Source: Tricharina praecox
Lineage: Eukaryota
NCBI RefSeq assembly: GCF_024521635.1
Contig: NW_026250431.1
Location: 372,001-436,000 of the forward strand
DNA: 64,000 nt
Direction: 5' to 3'
Each line of letters opens with the position of its first letter. Position 1 is the first letter of the stretch. Position numbers and translations under genes: made by a program. This document shows positions 10,886 through 23,630 of the stretch, piece by piece. The notes below the pieces were generated by a model that had not been told where the DNA came from, searched no databases, and saw nothing but the letters and a program-made list of their open reading frames with translations.

Positions 10886-12974
10886 AGTTCAGTGAGCGGT
10901 GGTGGTCGTGGTTTCGAGGGTGGGGAGAGGATGCATTTGTAGTGCTCGGGGCAACGCTCGTGTTGATTATGCTGAAGCATCTTGCAGGCTCCTCGTGGTA
11001 TAACTTGAAGCTCTGGAGAGCATCAGGAGATCCAATCACCGTACCCCCATATCTACCTAGTTACCTACCTAGCATTAGAGCGCACGCTCAAGAGTAATTT
11101 AAAACTAGGTAGTGCTTCACCCATCTGCTAGGTATCGCTCTTTTCGTGACCAAAGGATGTCATCTCGACTTCCCTGGCTGGCCTGGCTGCACTGGCAGTT
11201 CAAACGTCAAACTGGCAGCTCAGTCAGTTTTCCCGGGAACGACTGTCCTACTCACTGGTGGAGGTATCTGCAATAAAGCATCCGATAGAGAAATTCCACC
11301 AGGACAAGCAGCGCTAACCCAACATAAAGACATGTTCCTAGATACAAGTGTTATCAATAATTTTCCGTGTGAGGAAAGTAATTCTTTCAGAAGATCTTCC
11401 GTTCGCGTGATCTCGGCTCCTTGGTAACCTTCACTTCCCTGGAGATCAGCGGCATCAGCAGCCAGTTCCAGTCTTTAGGAATGAGATACAGCTACGATTC
11501 CATTAGCAGCCGGGTGAGGGAAAATGCAAAGCACGCATATCATGAACTCGTGACCCTGCAATCCACATTCTCGTCGTATCACTACGAGTACGATCTCTGC
11601 AAATACCAATTCCTGAAGCTGGAAGGATGCCGTTGGTATGCCGGCCAAAGAACGTGACTCGTAGTGTATCGGCCATTAGCTGCTGAGTGCTGGATTGTGA
11701 AGCTAGTATTCCTGGCGCATTGTCTACCTAGCTGGGTTTAAAACAAAAACAGGACGGGAATTTGGAACTCCCTAGATCCAGACTCTCAAAGGCGGCAGGA
11801 ATGCCGATTGACTTGTCGTTTTTTCTTCCTCACTGGGGAATGTTGCTGATGGTCCTCAAAGGATGACCACCATCATTTGTCCACCACTAAAGAAACTGAA
11901 GGCAAAAATGTTGCATCAAAGGAAACATCGGCATGCATGTTTCTACATCGTTGCTGGACTCTGAACGATGTAGCTTTTTTTGTTCTCCAAAAAAAATCAA
12001 CTGACACCGAGTGATTGCCTATGATACAAGTGGCATCGCCGCAGTTTGTCTTAAGCTAGATTCCGAAGGAACTAGAATTCTCGTAAAACCCAAGTCTCAC
12101 AAAGGATATATGTGGGAATTCTGCTGAAGTGCGGGAATTGTTCATGAAAGGACGCAGCGCCGTGTCTGGCCCTCTGGCTAGATTTTGAATAATCTCGCCA
12201 TGTTACTGTGATTGTCAGAGCCGAATGGTTCCATACAATGTCTATATAACCTTCCCGTTGAGGCGTGATTCATCCATATCAACTCCTCGGGTCCATTGAC
12301 GGTGAATGCGACTCCTTCCCAGGTACTCCCACACAGCAGTACCAACTCGGTACTGTGGAACCCCTTTTTTTACAGCTTTACACGGACGCGAGGGAAATGC
12401 CCTGTGCTGCTCCTCGTGTCCGCGTAAAGTGTCAAAAAGGTGTTGCTCGGTGCCGCACAGGTATTGCCGTGTGGGAACGCTCGTGAAGGAGCTGTTTCAC
12501 CGTTAATTGGCCTTCGGAGTTGATTTTTAATGCGGAGGGAGAGGGCGGATGAGAAAAGTGAGTTGCGGTGACTGCCAATGAGGTGAGAGCTTCCTTTACG
12601 CGCTTGCTTCGTCTATTCTAACGCGGGTTGATGACCAGATACTTGGAGTACCGGTAGATAGATACAACCACGAGTTTCATCACGATCTGGCTCAGAGATC
12701 CACGAGTTTCTTGACAGTCTAGTCTAGAAATCCTTTCGTACCATATCAACTGCACAGCGACACATACTCCATCATCAAGGACTCCTCCGGCACAACGCCA
12801 ATCATAGCGTCAGCCAGAGGAATAGTTCGAATTCCTGAATTTGCCGCTCCCACCCTGCTTGCCAAGCCCAGCGTTCGTGTGCCGCTACTCCCTGCATACT
12901 AGCAGGTATAAGCTCCCTCTCTGCGCGCGAGCTCCCTTTCCCACCACCATCTGCAACCTCACCCAGCCGGCACC

Positions 12975-13300
12975 ATGGCCGACAAACTTCGTGCAACGCA
13001 ACAACTCGAGCAGCTCCAGGCGCGGTACATGGGAACTGGGCACGCCGACACCACAAAATAGTATTCCTCACCCTCCCCTGCTCGTCCTTCGCCGCACGGG
13101 GAACCTCAGCTGACGAAGTGCGGCACAATAGCGAGTGGATATCGAACGTTCACCGCGACACATATGCTTCCTACGTAGGACACCCGCCGCTGCTGGAGTA
13201 CATGGCGATCGGAAGCGGAGTCCCGATGGCGAAGCTTAGGTCCAGGTTCATAGAGAAGATGGTGCAGCCTGTGGGGAAGCCGCCGGAGAAGGAGGATTAG
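12975..13300 (+). CDS. YSF3: Splicing factor 3B subunit 5 (SF3b10); exons 12975-13060 and 13132-13300
   Basis: MADKLRATQQLEQLQARYMGTGHADTTKY/EWISNVHRDTYASYVGHPPLLEYMAIG...KMVQPVGKPP; intron 13061-13131. Confidence 0.95.
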
Positions 13301-14069
13301 GACGGCATGGGCAGGAGGGGACGAAACTGGAGTGGCGCTGTGCAGAGTCGCGTGTTTCTGAGACGGCGGATGAACTTGATCTGAGATATTCGTGGCAAAC
13401 GTTCTACCTATCATATAGTGCTCCGAGTAGCCCCCGTGACCTGAGCTCCGCTTCGAACCGTGAATCCTCGTGAAATACGTGGCCGCGACAGCTTCCAACG
13501 CGAGAGCTTTTTTTTTTGGCGCGTCGCGTCACATAGCGCCTCTCCAAAGGTTTCTTTGATAGTCCGGCCAAAACACACATTCCCGCTCCAATGCCCCATT
13601 AGTGCCACTGATGGGGAAGTAGTATGACAGTCAGGTTATGCTTCACGTAAGGCGACGGAAAAACGAAAGCCCATGACTTTAACACTTTTAGAGAGGCTGA
13701 TTGTGGCTGGTGGCTGATGATGTTGCTAGATGTGGCTGATAGCGTGGCTCGATTCCCGCGACACTGCCCCGTCCGGTGGTTGGCACATACCCATTTCTTT
13801 CATTTCAGAATCCCATTCGTCCTGTGGAGAAGCTCCGAACCAAAGGAAAATACTCCACAGTCATATACAGTAGAGAAGCTACAGGAATACATTTGCTGCC
13901 GTTCCCATTTACGGTCGGGCTTCAAAGTTCAGACCTTGCGGTAGCGTTAATCCGGTAGACATCCCTACAAATTCACAAGCGTGTCTATCCCGGTCAACGC
14001 GTCTTCCCTTCAACCCTCGTCTTGCTACCACGCGAACCCCAACCACTAAACCGCCCACCACCCGCCAAG

Positions 14070-15085
14070 ATGCCGCCCCGACGTGCCACTCACAGAGTTT
14101 GTGTATCTCTCCCAGTAACTGTGTATACGAGGCTGATGGTTACCGCACCAGGATGCCGAAGAGGACGAGGAGCTGGAGGAGCTGGAGGAGCCGAGCGACA
14201 GCGACATGGCCCACGAGGGCGCCGGACTTCCCCACCGGCTCGCCAAGAATCTCGTGCGGTTCGCGCTGGTGCAGGAGCTTCAGAGGGTGGCCATAAAGCG
14301 GTCGGACATCACTAGCAAAGGTTCGCCTCTCGTTTCCGGTGTGTGTGTGTCGGGGGGAGCCACTTCGCTGACAGGACCACGTCGCAGTCACCAAGGGCGC
14401 TCGCTTCAAGAGCGTATTCACGCTGGCGCAGAAAGACCTCCGCGACGTCTTCGGAATGGAACTTGCCGAGCTCCCCCGGCGCGACAAGACACGGCTCGCG
14501 GCTCGCCGCGCAGCACAGACCGCAGAGAAGACGTCCCAGTCGTTGAAGAGCTACATCCTCACCTCGACCCTGCCTGCCCCCTACAAGGACCCCGCCATCA
14601 TCGCGCCGCATGGCTTCAAGGAGCAGACGTACGACGGCTTCGTCACGTTCGTCGTCGCCGTCATCTATCTCAACGGCCGCACGCTGTCCGCCCAGCAGCT
14701 GGGCCGGTACCTGGCCAGGTTCAATGCCGACGAGTGGATGCCGCTCGACCGCACCGAGAAGATACTGCAGCTCATGATGAAGCAGGGCTACATTATCCGT
14801 GTTAAGGACGATGGGGGAGATTCGGAGCATTTCGAATACCATCTGGGCCCGCGCGCGAAGGTGGAGATCGGCCAGGAGGGTGTGCTGAGCTTGATCAAGA
14901 CGGTGTATGGCGACGAGCAGATCGAGGATCTCGAGGCTAAGTTCAAGAGGAATGTCGGCGTCGACATGAAGTCAACGACGGATATGCATTTCGACACGCC
15001 TCGGGCCGACGCCGACGATGCTCACAAGAAGAAAAAGAAGAAGCCCATGCCGACCTCCGACGAGGATGAAGAAGAGTCGGAATAG
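14070..15085 (+). CDS. NSE3: MAGE-family Smc5/6 subunit Nse3; exons 14070-14096, 14152-14320, 14388-15085
   Basis: LAKNLVRFALVQE...IKRSDI, LRDVFGMELAELP, SYILTSTLP, MMKQGYI and YHLGPRAKVEIG are MAGE-domain motifs; introns 14097-14151 and 14321-14387 keep the frame. Confidence 0.9.
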
Positions 15086-16033
15086 TATCCACCTTCACAT
15101 CCAGTTTAGTCCGGGTGTCTCTGGTTTCCTGCGGCGTTTACTTTCTTTATTTCTTCAGTGTACCTACTCGTATAATCTGTGGTGAAAAAATGGAATCCAC
15201 TTCTGAACCATCAATATCATTCCCTGCGTGTTTTTTTTCGCCACTCCAGATTGTGGGTCGCAATCGGAGAGCTCTGTTGGACCAGGCCGTCCGAATGCCA
15301 CTAGTTTTAGACAAACTTTCACTCGTATCTACGATGGATCTATGCTTTTAGACATGTACACATTACTACGTACATTACGTATTTCAGAAACGTCCGTCTA
15401 GGTATATATCATCACTTCACAGCGTCATAATTCTTGTCATTTTACTTCCCGGAATCACAAACTGCCCCACTTATGTACTCGGGGCCTCGTTCTTATGCAC
15501 CATTATCGGCGCTGATATAAGATTAAATTCGTGGAGCGTTTGATCACCACATCGCTGACGTCCGGTGATTGCTTTTGGAACAGCAACAGGCCACAGGTTT
15601 AACGGCAGCACCGGGTTTTGGGCGGGAGTCTCAGGCTACCTAATCGCTGCTTTTCCTGCGAGACAACCGACGAACTTGTCCGGTGGCAGGAACGGCACGG
15701 CAGTTCGATGTGATTCCCACGTAGGTGATGTATTGATTCGTGTGAGTGATGAGGAGGATCCCCGCGATGATGGGATGGAGCACTCGATCGTGAAATTGAG
15801 ATCGGAGGAGGTTCGAAGTCTTCTGATGAAATAGTGATGGCATAGTCAGTAGATGCCTTGAGGGCGCTCATGCAACACGGACCGTGGCCACTCGCTTTAC
15901 TGCATGGGGCGAGAGATTTCCCGCATGTTCCGTTTGATGCCCATCGCGGAAACTTGCACACTCCTTCCTCATCACTCGCTTCGCTCCAAATGTTGGTATC
16001 ATCTCCACTCCATTCCCATTCCCATTATCCGCG

Positions 16034-16567
16034 CTATACATCGAGATTTATTGCCTTCCCAAACTTCGCGTACAGCTCGACCTTCAGCTCCTCCATCGTC
16101 TCCCGATGTTTGCTGATCCTCTCCTCAATCGCACCAATCTCTTTCTCGATGCGCTCCGTGCTCTTTTCCAGCAGCTGCTGCACCTCCTCGAGCGGCAGGT
16201 GCAGGAACGAGTCGCCGATCTTGTACGGCACTAGCTCGTCTTCGTCCGCGAGCTCGAGCTCCGAGGTTACGTCCGTCAGGTACTCCTTCTCTTGCTGGGA
16301 GACGGTTAGCGGGAGGGGGAAAGGGGGAAAGGGAGAGGAGCGGGGGACGGTGCACATACGTGTTTGGCCTCAAGCTCCTCGCGAAGCAGCCCTTGCTTCT
16401 GGTGAAGCGTGGAGAAGCGGTTGATCCTGTCCTGGTCCGCTCGCGTCACCTGCGTGTCGGTTGCGGCTTCGTCTTCGCGGGAGAGCTATGTAGCATTGTC
16501 AGCGGGGATTGGCATTCATCTGCGCGACGGACGGGTTGCTGGCCGGACATACCAGGCGTTTGTCCAT
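16034..16567 (-). CDS. GIM3: Prefoldin subunit 4; exons 16567-16553, 16485-16360, 16294-16034
   Basis: QVTRADQDRINRFSTLH, ELELADEDELVPYKIGDSF, LKVELYAKFGKAINLD; two GTATGT...AG introns. Confidence 0.95.
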
Positions 16568-16791
16568 CTTAGCTTCGTGTTCGGATGGCGGGACGGAGAT
16601 GGGGATGGGAGAGGATGCGGCGGCGCGTTGCGGTGATGGCTGGGATGCTTGGTGGAGGGGTTGAGGCTCTGTGGAGGGGCTCGCAGCTCGCTCGCGGCAG
16701 TTGGTGTGCCAAGTCATCTCGTCACTCGCATACTCGTGTCTTTGTTTCGCCGTTGTCACTCTGCAACAACAACCGGCCACGAGCAATCACG

Positions 16792-17643
16792 ATGTCGTCG
16801 TTCCTCTACAACCTCCTTGTCTTCTCGCCATTACTACTTCTCGCAGCTGGCGCGTTATATCTACTCGATAACTATGGGCGTCCCCCACCGCCGCAGCCAG
16901 TGTTGCAGCCGGATGGAGAGGCGGAGCAGGAAGAAGTAGAGGACACAGCGACACCGGCATCTCTCGAACTCTCCGACGACGACGAGGGTGACGAGCCCTT
17001 CGGCGACGACGACGGCGGCCAATCCGAAGCAGAAGCAGAAGAAGACGAGGAACCACCCGTTGATCCCGGCAATCCGCAACCTCTCCGCGCCACTCGATCC
17101 CGCGTCGTCGGCACGAAGAAAGCGCGCTCCCTCGCCGCGCGGGACCGCCGTCGAGCCTACCACGAATTCCTGCAGTCGCAGGCACAGCAGCGGGAAAAAG
17201 AGGAGGAAGCTGCCCGTGAAGAAGACGAGGCGCGCGCATTCGAGAATGCGCGGCGGCGGTACCTCCTCGAGGACGAGATCGCGGCCAGGAAGCAGGCGGA
17301 GCGGGAGGAGAGGCTCCTGAGGGAAAAGGCCGAGAGGGAGAGGGAAGCGAAGGATGCGGCTGAGGTTGTCAGGGTCATGAGGGACGGCAGGTCGGTGGTG
17401 CTGAAGGACGTCGCTGGAAGGCTCGGGAGGAGCGAGGAGTGGGTGGGCAGGATCGTCAAACGGGAGGGGTTTCTTGGGACCGCGGAGGATGGTGCGGTGG
17501 GAATGGTTACGAAGAAGGGCGTGTGGGTCAGGTTTGACAAGGAGATGGCCGAGAAGCTCCTCGCGACTCTCGGCGAGAGGGGAAGGATGGAGTGGGGCGA
17601 GATTGCCGAGGTCATGGAGGGACTGTTGCGCGGCGAACGATGA
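16792..17643 (+). CDS. DDRGK1/UFBP1-like single-pass membrane protein (283 aa)
   Basis: N-terminal TM anchor, acidic linker, VVGTKKARSL..RDRRRAYHEF (cf. DDRGK1 KIGAKKLRKL), charged coiled coil, then winged-helix-like VVLKDVAGRLG...GMVTKKGVWVRF (cf. GVIDDRGKFIYI). Confidence 0.65.
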   Translation: MSSFLYNLLVFSPLLLLAAGALYLLDNYGRPPPPQPVLQPDGEAEQEEVEDTATPASLELSDDDEGDEPFGDDDGGQSEAEAEEDEEPPVDPGNPQPLRATRSRVVGTKKARSLAARDRRRAYHEFLQSQAQQREKEEEAAREEDEARAFENARRRYLLEDEIAARKQAEREERLLREKAEREREAKDAAEVVRVMRDGRSVVLKDVAGRLGRSEEWVGRIVKREGFLGTAEDGAVGMVTKKGVWVRFDKEMAEKLLATLGERGRMEWGEIAEVMEGLLRGER

Positions 17644-17988
17644 TTTCATGAGCTATGGTTTTGATTTTACGGCGTTTGGCGTTCTACTTAGGCTCTGGAC
17701 CGCAGTTTTTGCGGGATGGCCATAGAGGAGAGGAAGTGTCTTGTAGTATAGTCTCATGGTAATTAAATGTTTCTGCTTCCGTGGTGCGAAGACAGATGTC
17801 GACTTCACACATCGCCGCTCTCCGCCGCCACGGCATCTTCCGTGGAGTCGCGTCAAATTTGGATTCGAACGTGCGACAGCCTAGAGGATCCCTGTCAGTG
17901 CTGGCGCTGCAATCCATCACTTGGCACGCTTCAGATTTTTGGGTTTTGCGAACGTACCTGCGACAAAATCCACAACCGCGTCGCAACA

Positions 17989-20176
17989 ATGTCCTCCGAC
18001 GCCATCACCGCTGAGAAGCCACAGAAGCGAAAACAGAGCGCCGAAGGAAAGGACGAACGGAAAAAGAATAAGCGGAAGCTCGAGGAGGATGCCGAAACTG
18101 CGGAGGACGGAAAGAAGAAGAAGAGCAGGCGGGAGAATGAGGATGTGGGGGGAGATTCTTCGGTGAAGAAGAAGAAAAAGGACAAGAAGGAGAAGAAGGA
18201 GAAGAAGGAGGAGGAGAGGGAGGAGAAGGATACAAAAGAGAAGAAGGAGAAGAAGGGGAAGAGAATAAGGAACATTGAGGAACCGCCGGCGGAGGAGGAG
18301 GCGGAGCAGGCGGAGCAGGCGGACGATGCGGAGGATACGGTGGAGGATGCGGATGCGGAATCGTCGGAGGCGGCAGCAATGGAGTTGAATGGTGCCCCAG
18401 AACCGGCTCCAAAGCCCTCGTCCAAGAAGAAAGACCCCAAACCCGCAGAGGAGCCCGTACCGACCGGGCACTCATTGATCCTTCAAAAACTCCGCCGTTC
18501 CCTCGCAATTGCGCATTCCAAACCCGTATCCACCCCCGAGCCCGAGTCCACCCCCGCCGCCGACGAACCGGAAATTGAAATTGAAACTGTTGAAGCAACA
18601 GGCCTCGAACCGCTTCCGCAGCCCGAGCCGACAAAGGCATCCAAGCCGGTCTCGACACTCTTCTCGCTACCGTCGTGGCTCAAAGAGCCCATCAGCGTGT
18701 CGCCGACTACTAGAACGCCGTTCTCGTCGATCACCGGCCTATCCCCGAAGCTACAACAGCGTCTTGGTGTCCTGTCTCTCACGGAGGCGTTCGCCGTACA
18801 GACCTCCGTCCTGCCGCTCCTGTTGGATGCAAAGACCGGCGGCGACCTGTGTATCTCCGCCGCCACTGGTTCGGGAAAGACACTAGCGTATGTCCTACCG
18901 ATCATCCAATCACTGTCGTCCCGCGTGGTGACACGCCTCCGCGCCATCGTCGTCGTGCCGACGAGAGAACTGGTGCAGCAAGTCAATTCCACTGCCGTCT
19001 CAATCTCTTCTGGAACCGGTCTCAAGATCGGCACTGCTATTGGATCGCGCTCACTGGCGGTTGAGCAGGGACTCCTCGTGGCGGAGGAGGATGATGGTTC
19101 TGTGGTCAGCAAGGTGGACATATTGATCACCACCCCTGGGAGACTCGTCGAACATGTGCGTGCAACGCCCGGATTTGATCTTACGTGGGTCAAGTGGCTG
19201 GTCATCGACGAGGCCGACCGGCTGCTCGCGCAGAGCTTCCAGGAGTGGGTGAATGTGGTTATCGTTGGGCTCGAGGAGGCGGCAGCAAAGCACTGTGTCG
19301 ACAGCATTGCGGGTGTCGATCTGGGAAATCTTGGATTGCGAAGTGGCCGCCGCGAGGCGGAAAAGGTCAGGAAGGTGGTGCTTTCAGCTACTATGACTAG
19401 GGATGTGGGGAAGCTTGCCGGGCTGAGATTACGGAGGCCACGGCTGGTGGTCGTTGAGGACCCCCCGCTGCCAGAGGATATCAATATGGCTGACGCCGGG
19501 GAAGACGACGCTCAGGAAGGTGAGGAGCTGGAGCAATTCTCTGTTCCCGCGGGGTTGCGGGAACATGTCATACCCGTTGAAAGCAGCGAGCACAAACCCC
19601 TGTACCTTCTATACCTCCTCCGCAAACAGGGGATCAAGACAGGCGCTCTAGTCTTCGTCAAGAGTAATGAGGGCGCAGCCCGCCTCGCAAAGCTTTTGGA
19701 AACCGTGGGTGAGAAGTCGGGTGACAAGCTCTCGGTCGGCCTTGTCACGGGAGAAATGGAAAAGAAACGACGAGAAAAGATCCTCAAGCGGTTTTCCAAG
19801 AGTGAAGTTGATATGTACATCTCCCTGCACTCCCCCCTCCACTATCTAACATCCAGATGCTGATTGTATCTACAGACTCGTTTGCTCCGACCTCATCTCC
19901 CGCGGCCTCGATCTCCCAAACATCCGCCACATCATCAACTACGACATCCCAGCGAGTACGCGCGCGTATGTGCACCGAGTGGGACGTACTGCCAGAGCAG
20001 GGAATGAGGGAGACGCCTGGACGCTGCTGGGGAACAACGAGGCCCGGTGGTTCTGGAGGAATATTGGCAAGGCGATTCGAAGGGCTATTGCGGTTAAAAA
20101 GGTGCCGATCGTTGTGGAGTCGGAGGGAGTAGGACTCCGGAAGGCATACGAGGAGGTGCTTTATGGCGAGGAGTAG
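17989..20176 (+). CDS. DBP6: DEAD-box RNA helicase Dbp6/DDX51; exons 17989-19814 and 19876-20176
   Basis: AFAVQ Q-motif, DLCISAATGSGKTLAY, PTRELV, TPGRL, DEADRLL, SAT; after intron 19815-19875, ILVCSDLISRGLD and YVHRVGRTARAG; Lys/Glu-rich N-terminus. Confidence 0.93.
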
Positions 20177-20324
20177 ATGTACATAGTGATACCTTGCTCG
20201 GAGGCGTAATGAATATGGTGCCTGCCTTGAATCGTTTGAATGGGGGGTTGCAGAAGAGCAAAAGTTACAAGTAACCGCATGGGACTGGCGGGCACGATTC
20301 TCCATCACTATTTCCATGTTCACT

Positions 20325-21760
20325 GTCCACTGTCCAACCCAACTTTCTTCCAGCGGTCCGATGTACATTATAGTCCCCTGCTCTCCGTCTGACCTTTTTC
20401 TCGAAGATACGTGTGAAGCGTACCAAGCAAATGAAGCCAGGAAAATACAAAAACGCTCCTCGAATCGTCTTGCACCTAGTCGCGGAGGGAGTGACATTCA
20501 TTTCAGCTTTTGTTTTTGGTTCAACCATTAATTGCTGTTGAAAGGCACAAGAATAGTTTCCCTCGGTGTACGACGTAATTTTTGTGAGAGTTGTCCTTTC
20601 ATTGACAGCTATCTAATGACTCTTATATGAAGTTATATCCTCCTGTAATCTCGTCAATGACCCACACCTCCGTACCTACCTACCTATATAGTGCTGGTAT
20701 TGAGGTTTATTCGCCACACCTTCCAACAATTGCATGTGCCCTAGGTATCTAGACCGTGATTCATGGCAATATACGCACCCCGTTTCCACGCCATTGTCCA
20801 ACCCGACTCCCATCAAGCGGCCCGATGTGGTTTCCCCTGCCCTTCGCATGGCCTTTCCCCGAATATATAAGTAGAGCGCACCAAGGAAAAAGACAGAAAA
20901 CGGTTCTCCCACCGTCTCACCCCTGCCTCTTCACTAGGAGATGCCATGAAGGAAGGTGTGCGGAGGAACGGTGGGAGTCATCCCGGTTGCTCAACCTCAG
21001 CACCTTCATCCTCCTCCTCCTCCTCCCCTCCCTCCCCCTCTTCCTCTTCTCGTCACCTCTCGCCTCCTCTCGGCACGTCTCTGTTGAGTCCTCTCGCTCC
21101 CTGAACTCTCACTCGGATACCCCAGTAACACTGCCCAACTCAACTTTTGTCCAGCAGTCCAGTGTGGATCCTCCTGCCCTCCGCCTGGCCTTTCTCGAAG
21201 ATACATCATACATGTGAAGCGTACCAAGGAAATAAAGCTAGGAAAAGAAACGTCCGCTCCTCACACCATCTCGCCTGAGTCGCCTCCTGCCCCTTCATCA
21301 GGAGAGGTCATCCAGGAAGGTGTGCGGAGGAACAGCGGGAGTGATCCCGGTTTCTCAATCTGAGCGTCTTCCTCCTTATTTTCCTCTCTCCTCCTCTCGA
21401 CACGTATCTCTTTCCCCTCCCTGACGGTGCCTGACCTCTCACTCGCACATCCCAGTAACACTGCTCAACCCAACTTTCGTCCAGCGGTCTGATGTGGATT
21501 CCCCTGCCCTCCACCTGGCCTTTCTCGAAGATACGTGTGAAGCGTACCAAGAAATGGAGCCAGGAAAAACAAAAACGCTCCTCCCACCGTCTCGCCTCCT
21601 TTCTCTTCATGAGGAGATCCGAGATGTCATGAAGGATAGTGTGCGGAGGAATGGTGGGAGTGATCCCGGTTGCTCAACCTCAGCGCGCTCCTCCTCCTCC
21701 TTCTCATCCTCCTCCTCCTGTTGCCTACTCTCGGCACGTCTCTATTTCCGCTCCCCAACC
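20325..21760. repeat. Degenerate tandem repeat, about 4 units of ~330-460 bp
   Basis: CCTTT(T)CTCGAAGATAC...TGTGAAGCGTACCAAG recurs at ~20392, 21189, 21519 and diverged at 20852; GTGTGCGGAGGAA..GTGGGAGT.ATCCCGGTT at ~20956, 21320, 21639. Confidence 0.9.
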
Positions 21761-22129
21761 TTTCACACGGACGCCTCACAGTTCACTTGCTGTGTATTCC
21801 TTAGCGACCTCCGGGATCTAACTGAGTTAAGCAGATGTGTCCGGTGTGCCGACTGTGTGCCGACTGTGTTCGTAGGGGGCCGGCAACTTGAATAGAGTGT
21901 GGTCATGTTTTGCTTCTGTCTGTCAGAATCGATTATTGCTTTGTTTTTGATTTTGTAGGCAGTAGTGCAGCAACGAACGCAGGCGATAGAGCTTGCTCCC
22001 TGCCCTCGCGGGGCTGGCAGGGAAGGACTGATTTGTGGTTGCCATGGTCGAGTAAGGCCGTATGCGATAATAAATTGATGTTCTCTCTCTCTCCGGGATA
22101 CACCTGCCCACATCGGTGATGGCGAGAAA

Positions 22130-23060
22130 GGCCAAGATGTCCTGGCTGCAATGCTCGTCTGCGAAGAGGCTGCTAGTTTGGCTTATTCGACCGAATTGTG
22201 GTTTCCGGTGACACCTTTGTAGCTGTTTAAGGTGATGAGGCCTCCGTTGGCTTATTCAGTCGAATATTGATTTCTGGAGATTTCGGCTGCCAGCTTGGCC
22301 GATTCAGTCGATTTTTGGTTTCCAGAGACGCCTTCGTGGTTGTTTAGGGAACGGTGCTCTCCACTCCACGAGCGGTGGGTTTGCCGGCTGTCAACTTGGC
22401 TTATTCTTCCGAATACTGGTTCCCGAGACTCCTCTGTGGGCCCGGCACCACTTGATGTCGATGTTGATCTCGGGTTCTCTCCAGCGGAAGGCAGCGATGT
22501 GTTTCCGCGTTTGGATGTCGTACTTCTGCCGGAGCCGGGAGCGTCGTGGGTTATCCTTCCAGTGGCCGCCTGCGCCTCCGTGTGGATGGTGACTCTGCCC
22601 ATGGTGTGCTGTCTCTAGACGGCCGTTTTCTACGCTCGGGCGATGGCTGCATTTTCCATGGCGACCTGCGGGATCCACCTGCTCGTATCGATGGTAGCAA
22701 GGAATCCCAGGATGCCTGGCTGCAATGCTCTTCTGCGATGAGGCCACGGATCTGAGGCCCTTCACTTCACGAGCAATGGGGTTTGTCGGCTGTCAGCGCT
22801 GCTTATTCGGTTGAATTTGGTCTGGCTTATTCGGTCGAATTTCGGTCCGGCTGGTTTCTGGGGATGTCGACTGCCAGCTCGGCTTATTCGTTCGAATTTT
22901 GGTTTCCGGAGACGCCTTTGTAGTTGTTGGAGGTAGCGGGGCCTCCTACTCTACGAGCCACGAGCGGTGAGGCTGTCGCCTGCCAACTTGGCTTATTCGG
23001 TCGAATATGGGTTTCCGGGGATGTCGACTGCCAACTTTGCTTATTCGTCCGAGTTGGCCA
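22130..23060. repeat. Array of ~9 copies of TTGGCTTATTCGGTCGAAT inside longer degenerate repeats
   Basis: Copies near 22178, 22247, 22295, 22396, 22800, 22823, 22880, 22988 and 23037. Confidence 0.85.
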
Positions 23061-23630
23061 TACGGCATCGCATGCTTCTTGCATCCAGTTACAGTGTGTT
23101 ATCCCGGCTTTCATTCGCTCATGTCCTGTTCGATGTAGCCGTCTGGCCCGTAATTGCCATACTTCCGATCCCCATCCAAGTAACTTAGCAATTTTTTTAC
23201 CGCGGTGAATTGGAGGGGTCCCAGATTATGATATTGGTGGAGGGCTCGTGACTTTAGATCTGGTGTTTGCTTAACGGTTGCTCGGAATTACACGCAACTA
23301 GTTTGTTTCCTCTGGTTTGCGGTGTTTCACAAATGCTCCCCTCTACAGAACACTGAACGTACACCGCTATTCGTTCAAACTTGCCCTCTCTACCCTCCCC
23401 TTCCTTTTCTGCGCGCTTTCGCCCTCTTTTCTCCTTCAACCTTCCCACCCTCTTCATCCAACTTCCTTGCTTCCTCATCTCCCTTTCATTCCACCTTCTT
23501 CTTTCTTCATCTCTGCTCCCTCCCTCATCCTCTATCTGTTCCCCTTTTCTCACTGTGCTTTGCTCCTTCGACCATGCATTCCTCAAAGAGTAATATCTCA
23601 GTTCCAGCTACTAAACAACGATCAGATATC

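Noticed and set aside
11100..12800. Coding relic between F-box-like copy A and YSF3
   Set aside because: Only short ORFs, with no consistent frame or family signature.
17767..17988. Upstream extension of DBP6 in the ORF track (similarly PRP18, RPE1, DERA, kinase, DDRGK-like)
   Set aside because: These read as UTR/promoter sequence; the downstream ATGs have good context and match family N-termini.
308..19484. Long antisense or alternative-frame ORFs (e.g. 308-1246, 5585-6313, 16861-17649, 18483-19484)
   Set aside because: They are shadows of GC3-rich genes on the other strand or frame, with low-complexity translations.
22130..23060. CRISPR array
   Set aside because: Eukaryotic context, degenerate repeats, irregular and mutually similar spacers, no cas genes.
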